Shown: positions 25,928 through 38,620, numbered from the whole stretch's first letter. The stretch: DNA of 63,865 bases, filler included, from Octopus bimaculoides (GCF_001194135.2; 7 parts of 7 records of this genome joined end to end with filler, not necessarily neighbours in it), one strand, 5' to 3'. Program-made: numbers and translations. Notes: generated by a model from the letters alone, not told the origin.

Positions 25928-27887
25928 ATGGCTCCTAAGAAAATTCATACTGAAAGTACTAAGCGCCATGCTATAACACTGGAAGATAAACTGACTATGA
26001 TAAAACGCCATGAAAAAGGTGAAAAAGTAGTAGCAAGTGCACAATCTTTTGGGATGAGTCGGACAACTGTATCAATGATTGTACATAATAAGGACATGAT
26101 TTTAGCACATATCAAATCTGATACCCCAGGGATGAAGAACACTGTCATCAATAAGAAAAGAGGCAAAATCTTTGAAGAACTGGAAAGTCTTCTTTCTCTT
26201 TGGAGTGTTAGGTTGAATCGTTAGCGTGCTACTATTAGTCAGGAAATCATTCAAGAGAAAGTGTTGTCTGTGTTTGAGGACCGGAAGAAAACATATCCAG
26301 ATGAAGAAGACGTAGAGTTCAAGGCAAGTCAAGGATGGTTCATGAGATTTAAGGAGGGAAGAATTTATTACTCCATTAAGAAGCAAGTTGAAAGTGCATC
26401 AGCTGATGAACAAGCAGCAGCGGAATTTCCTAATGCATTAAAGAAAATCATTGAAGAAAACAGGTTTCTTCCTGAACAGATTTTTAATGTCAACAAAACT
26501 GGATTGTATTGGGAAAAATTGCTAGACCATTCATTCATTTCCAAGGAGAAAACTTTTCCAGGCTACAAGGTCTCGAAAGAATGTGTGACCATTATGTTGG
26601 GAGGTAATTGTGCATGAGATTTTCAGTTAAAGCCATTTCTTGTGTATCATGCACACAACCCCCGTGTCCTAAAGAACATACCCAAGGCATCTCTCCCTGT
26701 TATATGGATGGCTAATTCAAAAGCATGGGTTACTGNNNNNNNNNNAGCAGCAGCGGAATTTCCTAATGCATTAAAGAAAATCATTGAAGAAAACAGGTTT
26801 CTTCCTGAACAGATTTTTAATGTCAACAAAACTGGATTGTATTGGGAAAAATTGCTAGACCATTCATTCATTTCCAAGGAGAAAACTTTTCCAGGCTACA
26901 AGGTCTCGAAAGAATGTGTGACCATTATGTTGGGAGGTAATTGTGCATGAGATTTTCAGTTAAAGCCATTTCTTGTGTATCATGCACACAACCCCCGTGT
27001 CCTAAAGAACATACCCAAGGCATCTCTCCCTGTTATATGGATGGCTAATTCAAAAGCATGGGTTACTGTTGTTGTTTTTGAAGATTGGTTCTTATCTTAA
27101 ATAATGCTCCTGGCCACCCGCAAAACATTATAGATTTTGACCCCAATGTTACTGTCGTATACCTCCCTCTGAACGCCATGTCTCTTCTGCAGCCAATAGA
27201 TCAGAGAATAATTGCTATCTTCAAGTGTTACTGTATGAAGTGTATGCTATGGCAAGCAATAGCTGCAACTGATATTGATGAGTCCATCATACTTCGTGAC
27301 TTTTGGAAGAGATACAATATCTACAGGGCTGTACAGAACATAGCAGCGGCATGGAATGATGTACAGAGCATGGCTATGAATGGTGTATGGAAGAAGCTAT
27401 GCCCGCAATTTGTGAATGATTTTAAGGGGTATGATAATGTTGCCATCAACAACACTTTGGTGACTATGAGCAAATGGACTTGGAGGAGGAGAATTTCACA
27501 GATTTATTTGAAAAAGACAAGCAGCCCCTGACAAACGAGAATTTTATAGAGCTTCACAAGCAGCAAAATAAAGAAGAGGAAGTTGAACCTGAACCACATC
27601 ACTTTACCATTAAGAAAATGCAGCAAGGATTTGCATATATCGAAAAAGGTCTTTCTGTGTTCAAGGATATGGATCCAAATGCTCAAAGTTTTTCCAAGGT
27701 TATGGGGGCTTGTCACGAAGCTTTTACTCTTTACAATGTAATCTTTGAGGAAAAGAAGAAAGCAGTTCAAGGAACTCTCAACCGGTCTTTTAAGTGCATC
27801 AAACAACAAGAACAGCCAGAGTCAGCTGTGATGTTGACGATCCACAGCCATCTACATCCACAATGTAAACCACCAAATTGCATGTAA
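25928..27887 (+). pseudogene. Tigger/pogo (CENP-B-like) transposase pseudogene
   Basis: HTH-psq-like ITLEDKLTMIKRHEKGE, FKASQGWFMRFK, IFNVNKTGLYW, LNNAPGHP and LQPIDQ motifs. Stops at about 26222 and 26615, plus frameshifts; two catalytic Asp appear as Asn. Confidence 0.92.
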
Positions 27888-28099
27888 CATATTGGTAAAT
27901 GTTAAATAATTCAGTTTTTTTTTTTACTGTTGCAAAATAATAATAATTACTGAATTTGTTTTTTAAGCTTAAAAAGGCTTTTATTTTACCAAATCTTATT
28001 GCAAACCGCATTCATAAATAAAGCGTCTGCGATGTACCGTAAACACCGCCAAATTATATTCGTAAATTTAGATTATTTTATTTTTTTTACTGTACTGTA

Positions 28100-28418
28100 T
28101 TAAAAAATAAAAATTATTTGTTTGAGATCGTTGCCAGTGCCCCTAGACTGGCTCTTGTGCGGGTGGCACGTAAAATACACCATTTTGAGTGTAGCCGTTG
28201 CCAGTACCGCCTGACTGGCCTTCGTGCCGGTAACACATAAAAGCACCCACTTCACTCTCAGAGTGGTTGGCATTAGGAAGGGCATCCAGCTGTAGAAACT
28301 CTGCCAGATCAGATTGGAGCCTGGTGTAGCCATCTGATTCACCAGTCCTCAGTCAAATCGTCCAACCCATGCTAGCATGGAAAGCGGACGTTAAACGACG
28401 ATGATGATGATGATGATG
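28100..28418 (+). mobile_element. SINE-like family C nested in the Tigger 3' region
   Basis: Core and (GAT)n tail intact; lies between the Tigger stop codon and the right TIR. Confidence 0.88.
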
Positions 28419-28607
28419 TAAGTTTAAAATAGGTTTTTATTAACTATGTTTTATGGAAAATGCATTCATAAAGTACAGAACTGGGAATGGTTATTATTGG
28501 TTTAGCCTAGAGACAAAGTAAATTCTACATAGCTTAGCCTAGAGACAAGTTAATTTGACTTAAGTTTTGTTTCCTGGAACCAATTAACGACATAGGATGA
28601 GGTATGC

Positions 28608-28670
<63 letters not shown>

Positions 28671-28671
<1 letters not shown>

Positions 28672-28952
28672 TCTGATCAATAAGTATCCGGACTGTTACC
28701 ATAGTAACAAAGCTAAAGCATGCAGAGTAAAACCGCTTGGCATGGATTGACCTTGCACTCTGCTGTGCAGGTGCACTAGGTCAATGTGACGATCACATGC
28801 TACACACCTTCCTTCCAAGCACTGCTGTAAACATCAGAAGTGAGCTATAATGTTAAAACTTAGTGCACATGCACAGCAGAGTTCAGGGTCAATCTTTGCC
28901 AAGTGGCTTCACTCTACATGCTTTAGCTTCATTACTATGGTAACAGTCTGGA
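28671..28952. mobile_element. MITE of the same mariner family as 19132-19912
   Basis: Starts GTCTGATCAATAAGTATCCGGACTG; about 100-bp arms inverted at both ends; right tip lost in a gap. Confidence 0.85.
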
Positions 28953-29502
28953 NNNNNNNNNNNNNNNNNNNNNNNNNNNNNNNNNNNNNNNNNNNNNNNN
29001 NNNNNNNNNNNNNNNNNNNNNNNNNNNNNNNNNNNNNNNNNNNNNNNNNNNNNNNNNNNNNNNNNNNNNNNNNNNNNNNNNNNNNNNNNNNNNNNNNNNN
29101 NNNNNNNNNNNNNNNNNNNNNNNNNNNNNNNNNNNNNNNNNNNNNNNNNNNNNNNNNNNNNNNNNNNNNNNNNNNNNNNNNNNNNNNNNNNNNNNNNATA
29201 AGATAGTGTACATTTAAACACAAGAGAAGCTGCCTTCAACAGGCAGCTTTACACGCTAGAAGAAGCAGTCAAAACGACCAAAACCACATTTAAGAGCAAT
29301 TTCGAAGGGAATGAAAAATGAAATCTTTTATCTTATTACGGTCATACCTAGGTTTCAACCTTTTTTAGCAAATAAAATAATTTGCTAGTCAAAATTCTCA
29401 TTAGTGACTGCGCCATAACATTAACATATAATTAAGAGACAAATAACACGAGTCTCATCGTTATACATTATAATTTATCAAAATAATTTACATATATATT
29501 CA

Positions 29503-29660
29503 ACAGGTTTCTTTCAGTTTCTGTGTATCAAATCCATTCACAAGGCTTTGGTCAGTTTGAGGCTCAAGTAAAAGACACTTGCCCAAGGTGCCATGTAGTG
29601 GGACTGAACTTGAAACCATGTGGTCGAGAAACAACCTTCTAACCCATGCGACCACACCTG
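29503..29660 (-). mobile_element. SINE family A, 5' part
   Basis: AAGACACTTGCCCAAGGTGCCATGTAGTGGGACTGAAC. Confidence 0.8.
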
Positions 29661-29679
29661 CACCAATATATCTTGCTCG

Positions 29680-30300
29680 TCATCATTAAACGTCCACTTT
29701 GCATGCTGGTATGTGTTGCATGGTTTGAGAGTTGGCGAGCCAGAGGATCACGTCAAGCTCTACTGCCTGCCTTGGTATGGTTTCCACAGCTGGATGCCCT
29801 TCTTAATGCCAGTCGCTTTACAGAGTGCACTGGGTGCTTTTTACATTGAACCAGCACCAGCAAGTTTACCAAGTCACTTGCAAGACAAGAGACTCTTGAC
29901 TTTGTGGACTGAAGTATTAAGGGAAGTGGCCCTATGCCAGGCGATGAGGAGTTAGAGTATGATAGAGGGACAGATACATGGCTACCCCTGTTGGAAAAGG
30001 AGAAAGAGACATGAAAATGTGATGGTAGGGTAGTACCCTCAAGTTACAGGGAAGTGTATATAAGAGAATTGGATAGGGTGAGTGGACAGGTAAGTTTGTG
30101 AGAGTGCAAAAGAAGAGGGGGAACTGATGAGAAAAGGGGTACAATGAGTGAACATGTGTAGAGGGAGGGAAGTCAGGAAGATAAGTTGCGAGAGAGAGGT
30201 TCAGATTGTGTGCAGGTGAGTTAACGTAGTAGGTGATAGACAGGAAGGGAATGCAGTGAGCGGGGAATACAAGTGGAGGGAGGGGATGTTAGGAAGATGA
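29680..30300 (-). mobile_element. Family C copy with a purine-rich extension; similar at 36475-37240
   Basis: Family C core followed by a GA-rich segment containing GATACATGGCTACCC, also seen at about 16780 and 36960. Confidence 0.6.
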
Positions 30301-30687
30301 GTTGTTGGGGAGAGGCTTGTTGTCATGGACAGATTGTGTGCAGGAACATAGACATAAATGGTGTGCTTTCAGAGACTCATTTTTATTTAGGCAACTCTCC
30401 TCAAGAACTGCCAATTATATCAGTCTTTTGTCATCTCTGTGTGTCTCAACATTTGAAGGTCATTTTTCACCACTTTATCCCGTGTCTTCCTGGGGCTCCC
30501 TCATCCATGGGTTCTATCTACATTTAGTGACTGGCATTTCCTTATGCAGCTGTCCTCATCTATATATCAATTTGTTTAGAAATAGGGTACATGACAGTCA
30601 CCCGAATAGTTTAATGAAGTTGTACAGGAAGTTTACCCAATGACTGTTGTAATACTATCATTGTAAACTATTACAAGGACAAAGGAA

Positions 30688-30990
30688 ATCATCATCATCA
30701 TTTATCATCTGTTTTTCATGCTGGTATGGGTTGAACAGTTTGACAGGAGCCGGCAAGCCTGAAGACTGCATCAAGCTTTACTGTCTGTTTTGGCATGGTT
30801 TTTATGGCTGGATGTCCTTCCTAACACCAACCACCTCACAAAATGGACTGAGTGCTTTTTACATGGCTCCTGCACTGGTGAGGTCTGTTTTGAAAGGCTT
30901 TTACAGCTGGATGCCCTTCCTAATGCCAACCACTTTTCTGAGTGGCCTGGGTGCTTTTTACATGGTACCAACACTGGTGAGGTCTGCTTT
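30688..30990 (-). mobile_element. Family C copy with internal duplication
   Basis: The GGATG..CTTCCTAA..CCAACCAC...GTGCTTTTTACATGG block occurs twice. Confidence 0.75.
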
Positions 30991-30994
30991 GGCA

Positions 30995-31365
30995 GTGTTG
31001 CACTCAGGAATTATAAAAGCAATTATAGACACATCAAATTACTAGACCAAGCCATGAACATCATGGAGGGGATCATAACACAATTGAACAGGTATAGCGT
31101 TCAACTTGGCGAAATACTGCATGGTTTTATGCCTAGAAAACTTTGCAAGATTAGAAGGTAAGGTCTCTGAGTGCAGATGATTTGCGAAGACAAGAGAGGA
31201 ATTAAACAAGCATGCTTTGCTGGATGTGTAATGGTTGCATGCATAAATCGTAGAGTATTAATGAGCTGTGAGCGAAAACTAGATACAAGAAGAATCACAT
31301 CAAGAGTGCCAGAGAAAAGACTGTGATGATATGGGCACGTTATATGTACAGGGGACGACAGCTGT
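30995..31365 (+). mobile_element. RTE LINE RT fragment with internal deletion
   Basis: NYRHIKLLDQAMNIMEGII...HGFMP, then YGHVICTGDDSCV. Confidence 0.7.
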
Positions 31366-31380
31366 GTTAACCCTTTAACA

Positions 31381-31560
31381 CAGTGGCTCTCAACCATTTT
31401 TTGCCTACGGACCCCTTTGATTCCTGTTTTGCTCAGGTGGGCACTCATAGGCATTTAATGTTTAAAAAATCCTATTACATTTTCATAATTAAATATCATT
31501 AGGAATTGTATAAAATCGTTAAAATATTTTGTGTTTTGTAGAACTATAACCAATTTAGAT
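31381..31560 (+). mobile_element. hAT (Charlie-like) MITE, left part
   Basis: Begins CAGTGGCTCTCAACC, similar to hAT-Charlie TIRs; right TIR not seen. Confidence 0.5.
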
Positions 31561-31561
31561 G

Positions 31562-31770
31562 ATTTACATTTGACGGATATTTGTCCTCATCTTGTTTGTT
31601 GTTAACATGTTTCGGCTGATATACCCTCCAGCCTTCATCAGATGTCTTGGAGAAATTTCCAACCTCAGTTCTCATTCCTATGATATTTTTCGATGTATGG
31701 TATTTTCCTATGGTATTATTATTCAGGTCACTGCTTGGAATCGAACTCAGAATTTTGGAGTTAGTAGCCC
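31562..31770 (-). mobile_element. Candidate tRNA-headed SINE with a Penelope-like, hammerhead-bearing tail
   Basis: Minus strand: anticodon-arm-like GGG-CTACTAA-CTC (about 31757-31770), B box GAGTTCGATTCC (31737-31748), short (AAT)n, then an HHR core at 31604-31641. Confidence 0.55.
31604..31641 (-). ncRNA. Hammerhead-like core (stem I not evident in this copy)
   Basis: CTGATGA-A-GGCTG(GAGGGTATAT)CAGCC-GAA-ACATGT-T: perfect 5-bp stem II and palindromic stem III. Confidence 0.55.
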
Positions 31771-31944
31771 ACAGGCATATGGCTTGATGAATCTTCTTCT
31801 CATATATGTATGTATGTTTGGAAGTGAAAGTGTGTTTACATGCGTGTGTGTCCTTCGATTTTTATCTGTTATTGAGATGCAACCATCCTGGGGCACCACT
31901 TTGATGTGTGGTACCTATTCTATTTGTCTTCTTTGACAAACCAC

Positions 31945-32135
31945 TGTTACAGGGGATATAAGCAAACCAACACTGGTTGTCAAGTGGTAGTGGGGACAAA
32001 AGCACACAAATACACATATGATGGGCTTCTACACAGTTTCCACCTACCAAATTCACTTACAAGACATTAGTTGGCCTGGAACTGAACCTGAAACCACATG
32101 GTAGCAAAGTGATCTTCTTAACTACACAGCCATGC
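31945..32135 (-). mobile_element. SINE family A, internally deleted
   Basis: GATGGGCTTCTACACAGTTTCCACCTACCAAATTCACT...ACTACACAGCCATGCC. Confidence 0.7.
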
Positions 32136-32542
32136 CAGTATCATCATCATCATAATCATCATCATCCTTTATCGTCCGTTTTCTATGGTGGCATGCATTA
32201 TCCGTTCAGTGTTGACTGTCGGAAAAAAGATACTCAGTAACATAGTAGAGATTGATAATATTATATTTTATTTTGGTCGAATTAATTACCTGCCACTCTG
32301 AGTTTCGCTTGTGGGTGCACAGTCTTGGGGCAAGTTATGATTCTTAACTTGCCTGAAGTCCTGGACTTACCAGCAAACGCTAGGGCCAATTTTCAGATAA
32401 CTTTGGCGATCTGTGTACTCGTTTAATGTGTGTGTGTGTATAGATGTTTATATATATATCTATATATATGTATATATGTCTGTATACACACACACACACA
32501 TATATACTTATACAGAGATACATCCATATGCGTATGTACGTA

Positions 32543-33828
32543 TAAGTGTGTGGGGTAAATTGTCGCCATCTTATGTTTTTGTTTCGCGCATGCGCATTGT
32601 TTTTGAGTTTGTCCACTACACAGTGGAGTACGGTCAGTTGGGCACCTTCTGCGAGAAAAACGGCACCATGACGCAATTAACTATGCCAGAAATTTGGAAA
32701 CGACATGCTGTACTGCTTGGCCTTCGCGCCGGAAGCTCCAATACAAGCATTTCAGAGTGTTTGGGTGTCAATTTGAGGACAGTGCAGAGGATTCGGAAAG
32801 AGTTGGAGGAGTCTAACGGTGATTACGAAGGTACGGCAGCTCGGAAAACTCACTCTGATCGTTCTGATAAGAAAAGAACTCCTGAATTTGTTGGTGAGAT
32901 CCAAGCCATGATTGACAACGATCCCTCCAAGTCAAACAGGTCCATCGCCAGGGAGATGGGAGTGTCTGAATCTCTTATCAGGCAGGTAGTGCATGAAAAC
33001 ATTCGGTATTCCTCATACAAGATGAGAAAGGGCCAATTTTTATCCCAAACCATCAAGGACAAGAGAAAAGACCGTGCTACAAAGCTTTTGAACAAACTCA
33101 AGCAAACCCTCCAACCGAACGTGCTTTGTTTTTTCTCAGACGAGAAAAATTTCTGCCAGGATCAGATGAACACACAGAACAACCGTTGGCTTGCCGTGTC
33201 CCCAGAACATGCACCGGGAGAAAAACATCCAGGCAACATCATGGTGTTGGGAGTGATCACTAGTGATGGCGATGTTATGCCTCCATTCATCTTCCCACAT
33301 GGACTCAGACTCAACACGGAGACCTACATCAAGTGCCTGGAGGAGGTAGTGCTGCCCTGGGTCAAGAGAGTGGCTGCTGGAAGACCCTACGTCTGGCAAC
33401 AGGACTCTGCACCATGCCACACAAGCAGGAGAACACAGGAATGGCTATCAGACAATTTCTGCAACCACATCACCCCTAACATCTGGCCACCCAACTCCCC
33501 AGACTGCAACCCCCTTGATTATTATGTGTGGGGCGCAGTTGAGCGAGAAACAAACAAAACTCCTTGTAACAGCAAAGATGAACTGGAGGCAAGGATTATG
33601 GCAGCATTCGCCAACTTAAACAAGGAGACCGTCCTGAAGAGTTGCAGGAGATTCCGAAGTCGTCTGGAGGCCGTTGTTGAAGCGAACGGCGATTTTGTTG
33701 AATAAATTTACTCTTTATTATCAAAAGATATTTTAATGTAATTTTGGTAAATATATCTGTTGAAATGAGATGTCAGTGTTATTTTCATTTTTGCGTAATT
33801 TAGACGACAATTTATCCATCGCATCCTG
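32543..33828 (+). mobile_element. Full-length DD37D Tc1/mariner (maT-like) element
   Basis: Right TIR GACGACAATTTATCCATCGCATCCTG (33803-33828) followed by TA; degenerate left TIR ending TAAATTGTCGCC at 32567; about 1.29 kb. Confidence 0.9.
32668..33705 (+). CDS. DD37D transposase, about 345 aa, open reading frame
   Basis: FSDEKNF, WQQDSAPCH and NSPDCNPLDYYVW with 37 residues between the second and third Asp; N-terminal HTH. The upstream start at 32413 is microsatellite read-through, so MTQL at 32668 is preferred. Confidence 0.88.
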   Translation: MTQLTMPEIWKRHAVLLGLRAGSSNTSISECLGVNLRTVQRIRKELEESNGDYEGTAARKTHSDRSDKKRTPEFVGEIQAMIDNDPSKSNRSIAREMGVSESLIRQVVHENIRYSSYKMRKGQFLSQTIKDKRKDRATKLLNKLKQTLQPNVLCFFSDEKNFCQDQMNTQNNRWLAVSPEHAPGEKHPGNIMVLGVITSDGDVMPPFIFPHGLRLNTETYIKCLEEVVLPWVKRVAAGRPYVWQQDSAPCHTSRRTQEWLSDNFCNHITPNIWPPNSPDCNPLDYYVWGAVERETNKTPCNSKDELEARIMAAFANLNKETVLKSCRRFRSRLEAVVEANGDFVE

Positions 33829-34111
33829 TACATGTGTGTGTGGGGGTATGTGTGTGTGTGTGCGTGTGTGCATGTTTATGTATGTAATTTCTTGAAGCTG
33901 AAAAGTTTCAAATTTACTTGTACAAAATGTTACATTTGAAGATAATTGTGAATTGATAATTTTTAATTGACAGCATTTATTTCCAACTGTTGTTACTCTT
34001 TTAAAGTGTCTATCGTGTTCGTTAAATTTTTGAAGTCTCTATCCAATAGTATCATATTCATTTAATTTTTCTATATTACTAATTTTTTAAAATTCTTTCA
34101 TCTCTTTCTCC

Positions 34112-34171
<60 letters not shown>

Positions 34172-34373
34172 GTGTGTGTGAATGTGTATTTATCTGTGTA
34201 TGTGTGTCAATGTGCATTTATTTATCTGTGTGTGTGTGTCAATGTGCATTTATTTATGTGTGTGTGTGTGTCAATGTGCATTTATTTATGTGTGCGTGTG
34301 TGTGTCAATGTGCATTTATTTGTGTGTGTATGTGTGTGTGTGTCAATGTGCATTTATTTATCTGTGTGTGTGT
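34172..34373 (+). repeat. Minisatellite: about seven units of (GT)n-CAATGTGCATTTATTTAT
   Basis: Read directly; unit length varies with (GT)n. Confidence 0.92.
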
Positions 34374-37300
34374 GAAGGGTTACCTTGTCAGCCATGTTAG
34401 TTTTGAAAGCTGTTCTACTCCTTCATCTATTAATTTCATTCACATCTAAAGATATAAATTGATAGCAACAATTTGCATTGACAAATAAAGTCGATCTTTT
34501 AGGCTTATATTTGCATTTTCCTAATAAATTATATTATAGACATCTCCTTTTTAATTATAAAGTTAAGCATGTCGATATCAGTAATTCTGAAAAAAAAATA
34601 TATTTCCCTATTCATCTAATTCTCACTTTCTTCCCCTTCATTAATTTTATTGAAATAAAATACCAAAATTTTCCGTTAATTATTCTTCACGTTTCCATCA
34701 AATTTTTCCAGGAATTTTTGCAAATCCAACTAATTATTAATATCATCATTATTAGTGTTATTATTATTTGCTGACTTTTATTCTGAATAATAAAAATAAT
34801 AAAAAAAGAAAGAGGAAAATTGATGAATGTCGCCTGTTGAAAAAATACAGCGAAGTTACGAATAATCCCCCATCCCTATTACTACCGATAATCGCCTCTC
34901 AGTTCTCTTGGTTTTTATTGCTGATGCTTATAGCAGCAGTGGGATTGTAAACCATTATTTACAAAGAAAAAAAAAATTCAAATGAGAAACCATTGTTTTT
35001 CATTTGGAATGGCGGTGGTGTATTGCCAAGATGGTGAAGGCGTTGGGTTAACGAGAAAAAACAAAAAAACTATGAAACAAAGTGCCTTGCGGTATTTGTT
35101 TCGGCTCTTTGCTCTTTGTTTCTACGTTGAAATTAGGCTAGGGGTCAGCTTTTCCTTTTTATCCTCTGGAGAGAGAGGGGAATCAGTAAAATAAAGGTAC
35201 CAGTCAGATACTGAGGTCGATGACGTCCACTAAATCCCTTGCCCCCAAAATCCCCCTTGGGATTTTGCTGCGTAAATTAGGAGCAATTATTTTCTTTTAC
35301 CGAAAAAGGGCAGTGGATTACCAGGATCATAAGGATGTCGATATAAAAGACAAAAAAAAAAAAAATGCAAGAAAGAACGAAAAGTCTTCCAGTGTTTTTC
35401 CGGTTCTTTCCGTTCTGGTTTCAAATCTTGCCTTTTATCTTTCCGTGGTCGATATAATCGACTGTTTCCCCACCACCATCAACTCTATTACAAATTGATA
35501 TTTGTATTACAAATCTTTTTACTGTCACCTTTTATTTAAGAGATCGATAATTTCTCTTTAAAAAATTCCAATTCCCTCTCCCTTTTTCGTTTTGAAGAAT
35601 TGTCCCTGAGATATTTCTTTGATTAATTTTCCCCCATTATATTGGGTAAGAAAAGAAATAGAAAGAAGATGACAATTTAAACAAAATGAAATCAAAAATT
35701 TAAATAATATGGTGGACGAATGTGTTTTTCTAATTAAATTTAATATATATATATTTTTAAATAATACAGTTAATGTCACATACTTTTAAATACTTCAATG
35801 GTCCCCCCCCCCGGTGTAATTAATTGCACTGCGGCCATGCTGGGGCACCACCTCAAATGGTGTTAAAATTTTCTTTTAGATTTTATCGAACACCGATTTT
35901 TATATCTTCTGGTACTTATTGTATCGGCCCTACCTAATTACTGAGAAGTTAAACTACCGTATTAATTATTTTATTAATTATTGCTAATATTACATAGGGA
36001 ACCATAGACACCAAATGCTTTCTCACGTACACACATATAGGCATCTAAAAAAACCATGTCATATATAAATATAATATAAATGAAGGTATTTCGTTCTAGG
36101 ATTTGGTTTGCAAGATTCTTTATGTGAGTTCGTGTGTTGAAGCATATTCTGTTGCATTCTCTTGCAAGACGCAACGCAAATTTTAGAAAAATAAATAAGT
36201 AAACGAGTGGACATTTTATCGGTATGTGTGTGTTAAATTATAAGGCATTAAAAGACAATGACTCTCCCCAGACAACAGTACATGAAGGTAGTTCTCCGTC
36301 AGATTTGACGGTGACCTTAGCAGATGCAAAAGTAGTAAGTAAAAGCTAGAAAGAAAGTAAACGAACAGAACGTTGCTCTTTTAAGGTTTTTGCTGCGACT
36401 GAAAAGTTATGATATTTTGGCAGCGAACCATTTGTCACACACCACACGCACAGTGTTCATTTACACCATATGTCATTATCGTTCATCACCCGCCTTCCAT
36501 GCTGGTATGGGTGGGACGGTTTGACAGGAGCCGGCCAGGCAGAAGCCTACACCAGACTTTTGAGACTATTTTTGGCAGGATTTTTACAGCTGGATGACCT
36601 TCCTAATACCAACCACACAGCAATGGGGGACTTAGTGCTTTTTACGTGGCACAAGCACAAGCGAGATCAGTTTTGGCAAGGTTTTTACAGCTGGATGCCC
36701 TTCCAAACGCCAACCACTTTACAGTGTGGACTAGATGCTTTTTAAGTGGCACCTGCACTGACAGGGTCACCAAGTACCTTGCAAGACAAAACAAACCTTT
36801 TCAGATAGGAAGGGGAATTGGAGGAGGGGATCTTGTATTGTATCAGATGAAAGGTTATAGTGAGACAGAAACAGGTGTCTTGCTGTAGAGGACATACCAG
36901 GTTACTCGGCCGGGGAGAGAGAGAATGAAGACAGAAGCAGGTATGCTGCTGCAAAGGTGATACATGGTTACCCATCCTGAGGGAAGAGCATGTGAAGGAG
37001 AGAGAGAGTGGGAGACAGCAGGATAGAGATGGTAGCAAAGTGTTGGACATACTCACAAGGGACGGGGTCAGAATATAAATGGGATGGGTGAGTAAAGGAA
37101 GAAAGAGATATAGATGGTGGCAAGTGCCAAGGTTATACCCTTGAGGTTCGAACGTCATAAGTAGTAGAATATTGCGAAAGAAGCAGTGATTAGAGAGTGC
37201 GGAGGGGGAGTGGGAAGTGAGTGGCGAAAACCTGGGTATATACCCAGGTTTACACCATATATATATATATANNNNNNNNNNNNNNNNNNNNNNNNNNNNN

Positions 37301-38090
37301 NNNNNNNNNNNNNNNTTAATTAATTAANNNNNNNNNNNNNNNNNNNNNNNNNNNNNNNNNNNNNNNNNNNNTATATACATCTACATGTACATGCAGGCAT
37401 AAGATACATACTCAGTTGTTAAATAAGCACACACATACATACATATGTATGTACCCTCACATACACACATACATGTGCATATACACACATCTATACACCC
37501 ATCAATCAGTACATCCATATATACATATACACACACATATATTCTAACAAATAAATAAATATATAAACGAATACACACAGGAGGAGTATTTATATTAATA
37601 ATAATAACAATAACAATAATAACACATGTAGATACATCCATATTTGCATATACCTATGCACACACCTATACCTATAGATACTTATATCAATACAGAGGTA
37701 GTACTGACAGTGATAACTACTCGCTTGTATATGTATGCTTACCTCAACATAAGTATATCAAACTAGATATATATACTTATTTCTATATTTGTCTACTTAA
37801 TTATCATATTTTAGCTAATACAATGTCAGTAAACTCTCATTAGTTATCATTAAACCAGATGTGGTGCTTTAGTACTAGGTTCTATTTATATTAAGTATAT
37901 ATATATATACAGATATCACAATTTAATCTCATACAATATAGGATGTAAATAGTGGTTAGCTTAAATAAATACGATTACATCAGTGGTGGCATCTTAATAC
38001 TAAGTTCTACTTAAATTTAGAGAAGGTATACCCAATTTTATGATTCATATTGTTAATAAGCGGAATTTTGGGCCTAATTAGGAAAAAAAT

Positions 38091-38492
38091 TTAATTTATG
38101 TATAATAAGCATTTTCTATTTTTATTATTGTATGCAGGTGCTGATGTTAATATTTCCCAGTGTAGGTTAAAGTTAATACCCTTATCTTTGAGTTCCCATA
38201 TGTAGCTACTTAATCCGGTAGAATTTCTTCTGTTCCTGTTCCTAAATGTATAATTGTGGAAATTAAGTCTTTGTTTCATACTATTTTTAGTCACACCCAC
38301 ATATACCCTATTATCATAATTTGTATTTACTACACATTGGTATACTACCTCCTTTCTCATGTAGCTATTTCCGAGCACGCAATATTCACTTATTCTACAA
38401 TTACAAATTTTACTTTGGTGCACATAGTTAATGTGATTCATGTTAAAATTTGCCATGCTATTACTATTTATTCGGTTATTGTTGATCCCCAA
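38091..38492 (-). pseudogene. PLE GIY-YIG endonuclease remnant
   Basis: CNCRISEYCVLG...VVYQCVV...VYVGVTKNSMKQRLNFH...TGLSSYIWELK...WEIL...KCLL. Confidence 0.85.
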
Positions 38493-38620
38493 GAAGCTGT
38501 TATTCCTAATACTATTAAATTCAAATTACGACAAACATAAATAAACATACAAAGTTTGCTTTTAGAAGCATTGAGATGTCTTTTAGAAAGTTAAAGAAGT
38601 GATTTTAAATTCTCAATCGC

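Larger units (their letters stand above)
25430..28610 (+). mobile_element. Full-length decayed Tigger/pogo-like DNA transposon
   Basis: TA followed by CAGGCATACCTC at 25430-25441; GAGGTATGCCT(C) at 28599-28610; transposase pseudogene inside. Confidence 0.88.

Noticed and set aside
32413-32667. 85-aa N-terminal extension of the transposase ORF
   Set aside because: Starts outside the left TIR, in microsatellite sequence.
34172-34373. Repeat-spacer pattern suggesting CRISPR
   Set aside because: Spacers are only (GT)n; eukaryotic context; no cas genes.
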